64,000 nucleotides of DNA from an uncultured Lachnospiraceae bacterium (GTDB taxonomy: Bacteria > Bacillota > Clostridia > Lachnospirales > Lachnospiraceae). The notes under the pieces are model-generated. The model saw only the letters and a list, made by a program, of their open reading frames with translations, was not told the DNA's origin and did not search any database. Location: NCBI GenBank assembly GCA_947384285.1, contig CANDGI010000013.1, forward strand, positions 8,268 to 72,267. The letters run 5' to 3'. Position numbers and translations under genes: made by a program. Of this stretch, positions 28,734 to 38,592 are shown piece after piece; position 1 is the first letter of the stretch; the number at the start of each line of letters is the position of its first letter.

Positions 28734-29564
28734 ATGGAACAGAAATTAATTTTTTTAGATATTGATGGCACTTTGACGGAACCTGGGAAAAATGTTCCGC
28801 CCCAATCTGCTGTCAGCGCAGTCTGCCAGGCCAGGAAAAAGGGGCATAAGGTGGTTTTGTGCTCCGGGCGGAATTACGGGATGCTTTTTCCTGTGATGCA
28901 GTATGGTTTTGACGGGCTGGCTGCCAGCGCCGGAGGGTATATTGAGTATAACGGACAGGTGGTTTATGACTGCCCCATGACCCCGGAGCAGCAGGCCAGG
29001 GTATTGGATGTTTTTAAGGAAAACGGCATTTACCGTACAATAGGGGGCAGGAACCACAGTTATACAGATGAGGGGTTTAAGGAATTTCTAGCAGAAAATA
29101 TACAATCGAAAGCCAACAGCGAGCTTCTGCGGTGGAGGATTCAGATTGAAAATGAATTGGGCATCCATCCCATGTCTGAATATGACGGGGAGCCTATCTA
29201 TGGGATGGCATTCATGAGCCGCGGGGCGGAGCGGCTGAAAAAACCTATGCAGGAATTGCAGGAAGAATTTGATTTCTGTGTGCAGGATGAGGATGCCTGC
29301 GGCATCGTGAATGGAGAATTGTCAAGCAAGGCTTTCGATAAGGGAAGGGCGGTGGAAAGGCTGTGCAGCTTCCTGGGTATTTCCAAAGAGGATACCATTG
29401 CTTTTGGAGACAGCATGAATGATTTGGAGATGCTTCAAGCTGTGGGAACCAGCGTCTGTATGGCCAATGGCAGCCCTTCTCTTTTGAAGATTGCCCATAT
29501 GGTATGCCCGTCCGTAACAGAAGACGGTCTTTCCATTGCTTTTGAAAAATTGAAATTGCTATAA
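28734..29564 (+). CDS. Cof-type HAD-IIB hydrolase
   Basis: FLDIDGTL, CSGR and FGDSMNDLEM motifs. Confidence 0.92.
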   Translation: MEQKLIFLDIDGTLTEPGKNVPPQSAVSAVCQARKKGHKVVLCSGRNYGMLFPVMQYGFDGLAASAGGYIEYNGQVVYDCPMTPEQQARVLDVFKENGIYRTIGGRNHSYTDEGFKEFLAENIQSKANSELLRWRIQIENELGIHPMSEYDGEPIYGMAFMSRGAERLKKPMQELQEEFDFCVQDEDACGIVNGELSSKAFDKGRAVERLCSFLGISKEDTIAFGDSMNDLEMLQAVGTSVCMANGSPSLLKIAHMVCPSVTEDGLSIAFEKLKLL

Positions 29565-29579
29565 GAAAACAGGTGATAA

Positions 29580-30569
29580 TCAGGTGGTTCCTCGTTCCAC
29601 AATGGAAACTGGCAGGACAATATGATCCGCCAAATGTGCGCTCTGGGCAAGCTGCTGGAAGAGAAGCTCTGTGGCGCGCCTGGCCATGGCAAATGGGTCC
29701 TGGCGTACCGAAGAGAGGGCAGGGTAGCATTGGCGGCATACAGAAGTATCATCAAAGCCAATTACTTTCACTTGTTCAGGAACCAAGAAACCATTTTGCT
29801 TGAGCGCCTGCAAGGCTCCGCTGGCACGCAGGTCGCTGGAAGCAAAAATTCCGTCGAACTCTATTTTCTTTTTGATGGCGTAGCACACAAGGTCCCGTGA
29901 CCGTTCGTATGGATGGTCCGGGCTTTCTATGTTAAGAACTAATTCTGGAAGGACGGGAAGCTGGTATTCCTTTAATGCGTCCTGATATCCCCTTTTGCGG
30001 GAGGAGATTACAGAAGCGTGCTGGCTTCTGCCGATAAACAGGATTTTTTTGCATCCCTTCTGGATTAAGAGCTCTGTTGCCATGCAGCCCCCGATATAAT
30101 TGTCCGATTCCAGGCAGAGGAATCTGCCGGAAGCCTTAGGAATCCGGTCAATGAACAGTACCGGAAATGGTGCGGATGCCGCCAGGGATACCAGTTCTTC
30201 AGAACCTAAAAAGGAGATAATAGCGGATACCTTTAACTCCGTCAGCCCTTCAAAGCAGAAACGTTCCCGGGAGGGAATTTCATCGGTGCTGCTGATATAA
30301 CAGTGGAAATTCTGGGTGTATAACTCCTGCTCCAGGCAGCGGACGGTCTCGGCAAACCATTCGTTGGTTAGATTGGGAACCAGGATGCCGATTTTTGGCA
30401 GGGCTTGGTTTTTGACGGAGTAATTCAATTCTTTTGCAATATCCATGACCCGGTTTTGGGTTTCTTTGGAATAACCTCCCTGATGGTTTAGGACACGGGA
30501 TACGGTGGCGGTGGAATAGCCGCTCTTTTGGGCGATATCTTTGATGGAAATGTCTTTTCTAGGTTTCAA
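29580..30569 (-). CDS. LacI family regulator
   Basis: SIKDIAQKSGYSTATVSRVL; probable TTG start after AAAGGAG. Confidence 0.9.
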   Translation of the reverse strand: MKPRKDISIKDIAQKSGYSTATVSRVLNHQGGYSKETQNRVMDIAKELNYSVKNQALPKIGILVPNLTNEWFAETVRCLEQELYTQNFHCYISSTDEIPSRERFCFEGLTELKVSAIISFLGSEELVSLAASAPFPVLFIDRIPKASGRFLCLESDNYIGGCMATELLIQKGCKKILFIGRSQHASVISSRKRGYQDALKEYQLPVLPELVLNIESPDHPYERSRDLVCYAIKKKIEFDGIFASSDLRASGALQALKQNGFLVPEQVKVIGFDDTSVCRQCYPALSSVRQDPFAMARRATELLFQQLAQSAHLADHIVLPVSIVERGTT

Positions 30570-30752
30570 TGGGGGTGCTCCTTTCAAAAAGGCGGGGGAT
30601 TTGGGGGCTGCCTGCCGTTGCCTGTGTGCCAAAAGCCCGGTTGTGTTGTGTCTGGTGGCTGGTTTTTTGTATTATCTGATTTTTCGTGCATTGTGCCTGT
30701 TGATTGTATTATTTATTATACAGAATGTTCTTGGTTATGTAAAGGAAAAAAG

Positions 30753-30764
30753 CGTAACGTTACG
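30753..30764. promoter_or_regulatory. LacI-type operator palindrome
   Basis: Perfect palindrome CGTAACGTTACG. Confidence 0.7.
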
Positions 30765-31006
30765 TTTTAGGCAGCTTATATTTGTTTCTTTCAATGGCAA
30801 GGTGGGTTCAGTGTGTATTCAGCTTGAGTGTGGGTGGATTGGAAAAATGTGGTTTCTTTTCAGGGCGTGGCCGAGGAATCGGGCATTAAAAATGAGCGGG
30901 ACGTCATAAAACTTGTAAAGGAAATTCGTGCAGAAAGAGGAGGACAATACATAAACTGGTTTTGTCCTCTTTTATAATTGACGAATTAACTGCCGAAAGA
31001 GTAATA

Positions 31007-31018
31007 TGTAACGTTACG
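31007..31018. promoter_or_regulatory. Second LacI-type operator palindrome
   Basis: TGTAACGTTACG, same core as 30753. Confidence 0.7.
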
Positions 31019-31284
31019 TAATAATATGAGAAAAGCAAGTGTAAAATCTGTTGACTTTTGCGGAAGGACGAATTATAATAGGATAATGAAAGAGGAAAAC
31101 ATAAAAAATAAGTAAATTTACGTAATTCTCTATGTAAAGAAAAGCAAAGAGGACAGGACTGCATAGAGATACAACGCCAGCAGTGCCAACCGTGCACCGC
31201 AATGATTCAAAGCATAAAGCACAAAGTGTCAAGCTTATATTTCGATACCCAGGAAAGACCAGAGCACTTTTAGGAGGAAAAAAC

Positions 31285-32301
31285 ATGATAACAATCGCAT
31301 ACGTAGGATTTGGCGTCAGCGTCCGGGAATACCACATCCCATATGTAGAAAATGACAAACGGATAAAAGTAAAATACGTCTTCCGCCGGGAAGAAGACAT
31401 TGCCCAGAATTCCGCATACGAGCCCTTCTACCCGGAAATCACATTTACCACAGACTTTACACAGATTCTTCAGGATGATGAGGTGGATCTTGTGGTGGTC
31501 AGCGCGCCAGATCCCTTCCATGTGCCCTATGCCAAACAGATTTTAAACGCAGGAAAACATGCATTGATTGAGAAGCCTTTCTCCAAGACGGCCAGGGAGG
31601 CCAGGGAAGTGTTTTCCCTGGCAAAGGAAAAGGGGCTGGTCTGCATGCCCAACCAAAACAGGCGTTTCGACGCAGATTTCCTTGCCTTGAAGGAAGTATT
31701 GGAGAGTGGGAAAATCGGGCAGCTTGTCCGTCTGGAAAGCCATTACGATTATTTTAAGGAAAATGGCTGGTATGATCATCTAGGGACATTGTACAATCTT
31801 GCGGTGCATACCATAGACCAGGTCATCAGCCTGCTTGGCATGCCAAGCGATACGCGCTTTGACGTAAGGAGCATTCACCATCCCGGCGTTGGGGACGACT
31901 ATTATGATTTGGAGTTCTATTACAAAAATGCGAAAGCTTCTGTCAATACCAGCATGTGCGTGTTGATTGATTATCCCCGCTTCACCCTCCATGGGACGAA
32001 AGGAAGCTTCACCCTGCCCCCGGTGATTCATAATTCTGGAAAGAAAAAGGAAGTGGGCCGCCACATCATCAGCCGGGAGCCTGCGCCAGAGGAACGGTGG
32101 GGAACCCTTGTATACAAAAATGAGGCGGGAGAGACAGTGACAGAGAAGGTTCCGGTAGGATGTGCCCGTTATGAAAAAATCTATGACAGCCTGATTGGAG
32201 CCATTGAACGAGGAGAGGAAAAATGCGTCAAGGACGAAGAGGTTGCCAAAGTGCTTGAAATCCTGGAAGAAGCAACGGAAATTGCAAAATCTCACAAATA
32301 A
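31285..32301 (+). CDS. Gfo/Idh/MocA family oxidoreductase (YhhX-like)
   Basis: VGFG, IEKPF and QNRRFDADF motifs. Confidence 0.9.
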   Translation: MITIAYVGFGVSVREYHIPYVENDKRIKVKYVFRREEDIAQNSAYEPFYPEITFTTDFTQILQDDEVDLVVVSAPDPFHVPYAKQILNAGKHALIEKPFSKTAREAREVFSLAKEKGLVCMPNQNRRFDADFLALKEVLESGKIGQLVRLESHYDYFKENGWYDHLGTLYNLAVHTIDQVISLLGMPSDTRFDVRSIHHPGVGDDYYDLEFYYKNAKASVNTSMCVLIDYPRFTLHGTKGSFTLPPVIHNSGKKKEVGRHIISREPAPEERWGTLVYKNEAGETVTEKVPVGCARYEKIYDSLIGAIERGEEKCVKDEEVAKVLEILEEATEIAKSHK

Positions 32302-32401
32302 TATAATAGGATAAGAAAAAATTTTTCGCGTATTGTTTTAAAACAATACCATATTGCATCATTGGCAGAACAATATTTTAGAAGAAGGGAATCGTAACAA
32401 T

Positions 32402-33394
32402 ATGGAAGAAATCAGGTTAGGAACCATTGGAAGCGGAGTCATTGTGCATTCCATCCTGGATGCGGTCAAGGAGACGGAGGGCATTACCTGCCGCGCCGTT
32501 TATTCCAGGACGCAGGAAAAAGGACAGGAACTGGCAGAGGAATATGAGGTATCGAAAGTATACACGGATTTGGATGCGATGCTTGGGGATGAAGAAATAA
32601 ATTTTGTTTACGTGGCGTCCCCGAACCTTCTGCATTATGAGCAGACAAAACGGGCATTGCTGGCAGGGAAAAACGTAATCTGCGAAAAGCCCTTTTGTAC
32701 CAAGGCCGGGCAGGCACAGGAGCTGGCAGCCCTTGCCAAGGAAAAGCATTTGTTTTTGATCGACGCAGCCCCCACGGCATTTCTGCCGAATTTTGAAATT
32801 TTAAAACGGGAGCTTCCAAAGGTTGGCAAGGTGAAGCTGGTGCTTAGCAATTACAGCCAGTATTCCAGCCGCTATGACCTTCTGGAGCAAGGAGAAGTCC
32901 CCAATATTTTCAACCCTGAATTCGGCGGCGGATGCTTGATGGACATCAATTTTTATAACGTATACCTAAATGCCGCCCTGTTTGGAAAACCCAGAAAATC
33001 CGTGTATTATCCCAACATTTATGGAAACCTGGCGGACACCTCGGGCATCCTTATCATGCAGTATGACGGCTTCGTCAGCCAGTGCGCCGGAGCAAAAGAT
33101 ACCTGGGGCGTAAATTCCGTGCAGATTGAAGGAGAAAAAGGGTACATCTATATCAAAGACGGAAGCAATGGAATCGCAGAAGTAAAAGTGGTAACCAAAG
33201 AAACCCAAGAGGTTTTTAACCAGCAGAACAATCTCAACCGCTGGTTCTATGAAGTGCAGAACTTAACCAAAATGGTTCTTGCAGGAGACCACGAAAGCAA
33301 TGATAGAAACCAAAAGGTCATGCTGGACGTAATGGAAATCCTGGAATCCTCCCGAAAAGAAGCCGGGATTTTCTTCCCCGGAGATGAGAACTAA
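32402..33394 (+). CDS. Gfo/Idh/MocA family oxidoreductase
   Basis: IGSG, ASPNLLH, CEKP and QYSSRY motifs. Confidence 0.9.
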   Translation: MEEIRLGTIGSGVIVHSILDAVKETEGITCRAVYSRTQEKGQELAEEYEVSKVYTDLDAMLGDEEINFVYVASPNLLHYEQTKRALLAGKNVICEKPFCTKAGQAQELAALAKEKHLFLIDAAPTAFLPNFEILKRELPKVGKVKLVLSNYSQYSSRYDLLEQGEVPNIFNPEFGGGCLMDINFYNVYLNAALFGKPRKSVYYPNIYGNLADTSGILIMQYDGFVSQCAGAKDTWGVNSVQIEGEKGYIYIKDGSNGIAEVKVVTKETQEVFNQQNNLNRWFYEVQNLTKMVLAGDHESNDRNQKVMLDVMEILESSRKEAGIFFPGDEN

Positions 33395-33457
33395 CGAAGG
33401 CTTTCGCCAATGCGATGATTCCAGGCGCAGCGGCATGGCATTTCATGAATAAAGGAG
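33395..33457 (+). repeat. Family A, degenerate copy A5
   Basis: CGAAG..AATGC...GGCATTTCATGAATAAAGGAG directly before the kinase ATG. Confidence 0.55.
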
Positions 33458-33464
33458 CGCAGCC

Positions 33465-34382
33465 ATGGAAGAAAATTACATCATAGGCATTGATATCGGC
33501 GGCACGAATTTCCGCATTGGCGCCGTAGGCAGAGGGCAGCAGACCCGCTTCTTCCGGAAAATCCCGGTGGGAGAAGTATTCTGCCAGGAAAATACCTTGA
33601 AAGCCTTGGCGGAGTATATAAAAAAGTATATCTCCCAGCTGGACAAAAATGCGGCGGCAATAGCCATCGGCCTGCCCGCTACCTTAAACCGTCAGCGGAC
33701 AATTCTCTTACAGGCTCCTAATATCCCCCATATGGAAAACCTGCCCGTTGCCAGAACCCTGGAAGAAATGTTCCGCATTCCTGTTTATCTGGAAAAGGAT
33801 GTTTCCATGGCTCTTTACTATGATAAGCAGAAATATAAGATTCCAAGCTGCGAGGTGCTGGCAGGATGCTACTTTGGCACAGGGATTGGCAATGCCATCA
33901 TGGTAAACGGCCATATCCTGGCCGGGAAGGATGGGACAGCAGGAGAGCTGGGGCATATCCCTGCAGATGGAAGCAGCCTTCCCTGCGGATGTGGGAATAC
34001 AGGCTGTATGGAAAATCTTGCCGGAGGAAAATATCTGGCAGGGCTGTGCCGTGGAATATATAAAGATACCTACGTTGGAGACGTATTTACGGCACATGGG
34101 AAGGAGGAACTGCTGCTTGAGTTTGTGGACAGGATTGCCATGACGGTTGCAACGGAAATCAATATTCTGAACCCAGACTACATATTGGTTGGCGGCGGAG
34201 TCCCCGCTATGAAGGATTTTCCCCGGAAATATCTGGATGAGCGGATTCATTTCCATGTGCGCAAGCCCTGCCCGGAAATGAGTCTTCAGGTGATTTATAC
34301 CGAAGATGAAGAAGATAAATGTGTAGTTGGGGCGGCATTGTACGCTGCCGAGAAATTAAAAACTAAAAATGAAATAAATTGA
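33465..34382 (+). CDS. alsK: ROK-family sugar kinase, D-allose kinase-like
   Basis: GIDIGGT, AGELGH..CGCGNTGC; GGGVPAMKDFP...RKP resembles the AlsK C-terminus. Confidence 0.75.
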   Translation: MEENYIIGIDIGGTNFRIGAVGRGQQTRFFRKIPVGEVFCQENTLKALAEYIKKYISQLDKNAAAIAIGLPATLNRQRTILLQAPNIPHMENLPVARTLEEMFRIPVYLEKDVSMALYYDKQKYKIPSCEVLAGCYFGTGIGNAIMVNGHILAGKDGTAGELGHIPADGSSLPCGCGNTGCMENLAGGKYLAGLCRGIYKDTYVGDVFTAHGKEELLLEFVDRIAMTVATEINILNPDYILVGGGVPAMKDFPRKYLDERIHFHVRKPCPEMSLQVIYTEDEEDKCVVGAALYAAEKLKTKNEIN

Positions 34383-34416
34383 AAATTTTTGAATCTTCCT
34401 GATAAATGCAGAAATG

Positions 34417-34617
34417 CAGGCATTGGGGAGATTTTTTTATGAAAGTATCCGGTTTCCGCAGCAGGATGCCATGGAGCCTGCCGGACGATAGGTTAAGCGC
34501 GGTAGTATGTTGATTATGAAAGGTGGAGCTTCTGTGGCAGAGAGAACCATGCGGCTTGCAGTACAATAAGCTGCATATCATGAGGTTTCCGGTATGTTCC
34601 ATGGGAATTCCTGGATA
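34417..34617 (+). repeat. Family B repeat, degenerate tandem array (3 units)
   Basis: Units begin ATGAAAG/ATGAGG at 34439, 34516 and 34580; shared TCCGG/CCATG/GCCGGA elements. Confidence 0.7.
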
Positions 34618-34724
34618 AAATGATAAAAAATGGAATAAAAGGAAAGAATATGAATTTCCTATTGTGAAAAATGTACAATTTCCTCCTTTAAAATTCAACA
34701 AAATGATGAAAAGTATGAAATGTA

Positions 34725-34753
34725 TTGACATAAAATGAAAAAAGTATTATTAT
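34725..34753 (+). promoter_or_regulatory. SigA promoter of the isomerase/ABC operon
   Basis: TTGACA-N17-TATTAT. Confidence 0.7.
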
Positions 34754-34807
34754 AAATGCAACAAGTTGAAAATATTTGAAAAATATTGGAATGTGGGAGG
34801 AAAAGAA

Positions 34808-35728
34808 ATGAATTACGCAGGGAGATTTAATTCTTTTATTTTTAAAGGGCAGAATGTCTATGATGCCATTGAGGCATATAAAAATATGGATGGAATTACA
34901 CATCTGGAATTCAATTATCCAGAGCATATTGCAGGATATGATTTGGAAGAATTGAAACGGGCGATGGAGCCTTTAAAGGTAAACGGGCTTGCCCTTAGGT
35001 GGAGGAAAGAATTTCTGGATGGAGATTTGACGAACCCGGATGAGACGCTGCGGCAAAAGGCTATAAAGATGGCGAAGGATGCTGCGGATGTCTGCCGTAA
35101 GCTGGGCGGAAGCATAATTACGCTGTGGCTGGAAAATGATGGATTCGATTATCCGTTCCAGATGGATTATGAAAAATGCTGGAAGCAGGTGGTTGAGGCG
35201 GTAAGGGAAATCGCGGATTATGCCCAGGATATTAAAATCAGCATTGAGTACAAGCCTTATGAGGAACGGGAATTTGCGATGATTGACAGCGCGGGCATGA
35301 CATTTTACCTGATACAGGAGGTGGACAGGGACAATGTGGGATGCACCTTGGATTTCTGCCATATGTTAATGAAGCATGACAGCCCGGCGTATGGACTGGC
35401 TCTGGCAGCGTCAAAGGGAAAATTGTTCGGCCTGCATATGAATGATGGCTATGGATGGAAGGACAGCGGATTGATTTTCGGATCTGTGAACTTCTCCCAG
35501 TCAGCGGAATTTATCTATTATCTGGAGCGGTATGGCTACGATGGGGTGGTATTTTTTGATACATTCCCAATCCGGGAGGAATCAAAAGCGGAATGCCGCG
35601 CCAATATTGAGGCCTTTGAGCTGATAAAAAAGAAGGTTGATGCCATCGGCGTAGAGGGGATTAATGAAATTGTATCGAAACATGACGGAATCAGCGCACA
35701 GCATTTGATTCTGGACATGATGAGATAA
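34808..35728 (+). CDS. Xylose-isomerase-like TIM-barrel sugar isomerase
   Basis: DGFDYPFQ, EYKPYE, LDFCH, HMNDG and FDTFP motifs. Confidence 0.85.
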   Translation: MNYAGRFNSFIFKGQNVYDAIEAYKNMDGITHLEFNYPEHIAGYDLEELKRAMEPLKVNGLALRWRKEFLDGDLTNPDETLRQKAIKMAKDAADVCRKLGGSIITLWLENDGFDYPFQMDYEKCWKQVVEAVREIADYAQDIKISIEYKPYEEREFAMIDSAGMTFYLIQEVDRDNVGCTLDFCHMLMKHDSPAYGLALAASKGKLFGLHMNDGYGWKDSGLIFGSVNFSQSAEFIYYLERYGYDGVVFFDTFPIREESKAECRANIEAFELIKKKVDAIGVEGINEIVSKHDGISAQHLILDMMR

Positions 35729-35792
35729 AGGCTGTATCTGGTATGTACAGCAGAAAAATTTAAACCATTACAACAAAAAGGAGGAGAAAGTA

Positions 35793-36968
35793 ATGAAAAA
35801 GAAAGTTTTAGCAGTTTTACTGGCAACGGCAATGGTATTTACCCTCACAGCATGCGGGTCAAATGGAGGTTCCTCGAATTCCAAAAATGATGGAGGTTCA
35901 TCCAGCAGCCAGACAGAAGAATCCAACGAGGAGCCAGCTGGGGACGCGGAAGAATCTACCGATGGCACAGAGGAAGAACCGGCAGAAGACGCTGGAAGTA
36001 CAGGAGAATTCAACCCGGATCAGGCCGAGGATGCTATGACAATTGAAGAAGTCCGTGAAAAGAATGGCGTGGAAGTGCCGGTAGACAGCGGGAAAAAGCT
36101 TGGCGTGGTAATGAAATCCCTTTCCAATGAATTCTGGAGAACCCTCCAAGAAGGATATGAACAGGCAGCAGCAGATACAGGACTGAGCATTGACATCCAG
36201 GCAACCACGGACGAAGGCGACGAGACAGGCCAGCAGACCATGACAGAGGCATTGACCACACAGGGCGTGGACGCTCTGCTGATGAGCCCTATTTCTGATT
36301 CTAACCTGACATCGGCGGTGGAAAGCGCCAATGATGCAGATGTCCTTACGGTAAATGTAAACGATGGATTGATTGCAGAAGCGAACCATTATGTAGGACC
36401 TAATGCTTACCAGAATGGGCAGCTTGCAGCAGAATGGATTTCCGGGAAGCTGGGAGATGAAGGCCAGGTGGCAATTGTGGTTGGTATGGCGAAAGCTTTT
36501 GCAGCCAGAGAGCGTACCGCAGGATTTAAGGATTGGGTTTCTGATAACAATTCCAAGCTTGAAATCGTAGCAGAGCAGAATGCAGACTGGGATCGCCAGA
36601 AAGCAAAAGAGCTGGCAAATACCTGGATTACCCAGTATCCAGACTTGAAAGCTATTTTCTGCAACAATGACGATATGGCTCTTGGCGTAGTAGAAGCGGT
36701 AGAAGAGTCCAATGCCGACATTCTCGTAGTAGGCGTGGATGGAATCGGAGAAGCTTATGAATCTATCCGTGCTGGAAAATTAGATGCTACGGTAGATTCC
36801 TTCCCATTCTATATGGCACAGGTAGCGGTAGAATGTACACTCCGCTCTTTGGCTGGACAGGAACTTCCAAGTGCAGTTGCAACTCCTCAGGCATTGATTG
36901 ATTCTGAAAATGTAGATACAGATGCTGCAGAGATTATCAACTGGACAGCTCCCACATATACAAAATAA
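35793..36968 (+). CDS. Monosaccharide ABC substrate-binding lipoprotein (AlsB/RbsB-like)
   Basis: Lipobox LTAC, acidic linker, KSLSNEFW, ADWDR and NDDMALG motifs. Confidence 0.9.
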   Translation: MKKKVLAVLLATAMVFTLTACGSNGGSSNSKNDGGSSSSQTEESNEEPAGDAEESTDGTEEEPAEDAGSTGEFNPDQAEDAMTIEEVREKNGVEVPVDSGKKLGVVMKSLSNEFWRTLQEGYEQAAADTGLSIDIQATTDEGDETGQQTMTEALTTQGVDALLMSPISDSNLTSAVESANDADVLTVNVNDGLIAEANHYVGPNAYQNGQLAAEWISGKLGDEGQVAIVVGMAKAFAARERTAGFKDWVSDNNSKLEIVAEQNADWDRQKAKELANTWITQYPDLKAIFCNNDDMALGVVEAVEESNADILVVGVDGIGEAYESIRAGKLDATVDSFPFYMAQVAVECTLRSLAGQELPSAVATPQALIDSENVDTDAAEIINWTAPTYTK

Positions 36969-36975
36969 GCGATAA

Positions 36976-37045
36976 ATGCATGGGAAGGGGAATCCGTAAC
37001 CACCCAGATACCGTAGGGGCTGCGGGATTCCCCTCCCGCATTTTT
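36976..37045 (+). promoter_or_regulatory. Strong intercistronic stem-loop after the SBP gene
   Basis: AGGGGAATCCG..CGGGATTCCCCT stem with T-run. Confidence 0.65.
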
Positions 37046-37048
37046 ACG

Positions 37049-37078
37049 AGGAGGAAGGGGCATTTCATAAAAAGGAGG
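37049..37078 (+). repeat. Family A, 3' fragment A6
   Basis: GGAAGGGGCATTTCATAAAAAGGAGG provides the SD for ATG 37089. Confidence 0.65.
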
Positions 37079-37088
37079 AAGGACCAGA

Positions 37089-38591
37089 ATGGGAAAAGCT
37101 GTAGAATTTGTGGGAATCAACAAATACTTTCCAGGCGTGCATGTCTTAAAAGACATATCTTTCTCGGTGGAAGAGGGAGAAGTGCATGCGCTGCTGGGGG
37201 AAAACGGAGCGGGAAAATCTACAATATTAAATATACTTCATGGGGTATATTCTGAATATGAAGGAGACGTTTTTCTTCATGGAAAAAAAGTTGCTTTTAA
37301 AAATCCGAATGACGCCATCTTGAATGGCAATATATCAAAAGTCCACCAGGAGACGATGGTGGTAGAAGAACTGACGGTTGGACAAAATGTAACGTTGGGA
37401 TATCAGCCGAAAAAGGGCTTATTTATAGATTTTAACAAGATGCATAAGGAGGTGGATGCAATTCTTACGGAGCTGGACTGCCGGTTCCGTTCCAGGGATA
37501 TTGTAAAGACATTGACGGCAGGGGAAAAGCAGATGCTTGCCATCGCGAAGGCGATTTATCATCATTCCAATATCATTTCCCTGGATGAGCCTACCGCTTC
37601 CCTGACATCCAAGGAAACGGAGGCGCTGTTTGCCGTCATACGGAAATTAAAGGCGGATGGAATTACCATTTTATATGTAAGCCATCATTTGGAAGAGATT
37701 TTCCAGATTTGCGACAGGGCGTCAATCATGCGCGACGGGGAATATATTGAGACTTTGGAGATCAAGGATACCACGGAGGATGAATTGATCCATGCCATGG
37801 TGGGAAGGAGCGTTTCGGCGGTGGCTTCCAGGCTGAAACCTTCCAGGGCCGCAGATGAGGTTGTCTTAAAAGTAGAGCATCTTTCCGATAATGATGGAAA
37901 ATACAAGGATGTAAGCTTTGAATTACATAAGGGAGAAATTTTGGGCTTTTATGGGCTGGTAGGCGCGGGAAGGACAGAGGTAATGAGGGTTTTGGCTGGC
38001 GCAGACCGGAAAATCAGCGGGAATATTATTTTTAAGGGGCAGGAAATCAAGGGAAATTGGAATTCCACAAAAGCATTGAAATATGGAATCGGCATGCTTC
38101 CAGAGGACCGGAAAACACAAGGCTTTAATAAATTAGACACGAATTACAATAATATCGCTATTTCCAGCTTGGAGAAATATATGTCCGGGGTCTTTACCAG
38201 TGAGGCGAAAAAATTAAAGAATGCAGAACGTTTCTTTGAAGAACTGGATATTCATCCCAATAAGCCGGAGTATCTGACAGTGAATATGTCTGGCGGAAAC
38301 CAGCAGAAGGTGATTCTTGCCAGATGGATGTCCACAAACATTGATGTTATTATCTTTGATGAACCCACCAAGGGCGTGGATGTGGCGGCAAAGGCTGAAA
38401 TTTACCGCCTGATGGAGGAATTGGTGGAAGAAGGCAAGAGCCTGATTGTGGTATCCAGCGAGCTGCCGGAAGCAATGGGCTTAAGCGACCGCCTGATTGT
38501 GATGAGTGAAGGCAGGATTACAAAGGAGCTTACGGACCGGGAAGCATTTCATTCAGATGAGATTTTAAATTATGCGATTGGAGGAAACTAA
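37089..38591 (+). CDS. Sugar ABC transporter ATP-binding protein (RbsA type)
   Basis: GENGAGKST, DEPT and SGGNQQK motifs; two ABC domains. Confidence 0.95.
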   Translation: MGKAVEFVGINKYFPGVHVLKDISFSVEEGEVHALLGENGAGKSTILNILHGVYSEYEGDVFLHGKKVAFKNPNDAILNGNISKVHQETMVVEELTVGQNVTLGYQPKKGLFIDFNKMHKEVDAILTELDCRFRSRDIVKTLTAGEKQMLAIAKAIYHHSNIISLDEPTASLTSKETEALFAVIRKLKADGITILYVSHHLEEIFQICDRASIMRDGEYIETLEIKDTTEDELIHAMVGRSVSAVASRLKPSRAADEVVLKVEHLSDNDGKYKDVSFELHKGEILGFYGLVGAGRTEVMRVLAGADRKISGNIIFKGQEIKGNWNSTKALKYGIGMLPEDRKTQGFNKLDTNYNNIAISSLEKYMSGVFTSEAKKLKNAERFFEELDIHPNKPEYLTVNMSGGNQQKVILARWMSTNIDVIIFDEPTKGVDVAAKAEIYRLMEELVEEGKSLIVVSSELPEAMGLSDRLIVMSEGRITKELTDREAFHSDEILNYAIGGN

Positions 38592-38592
38592 A

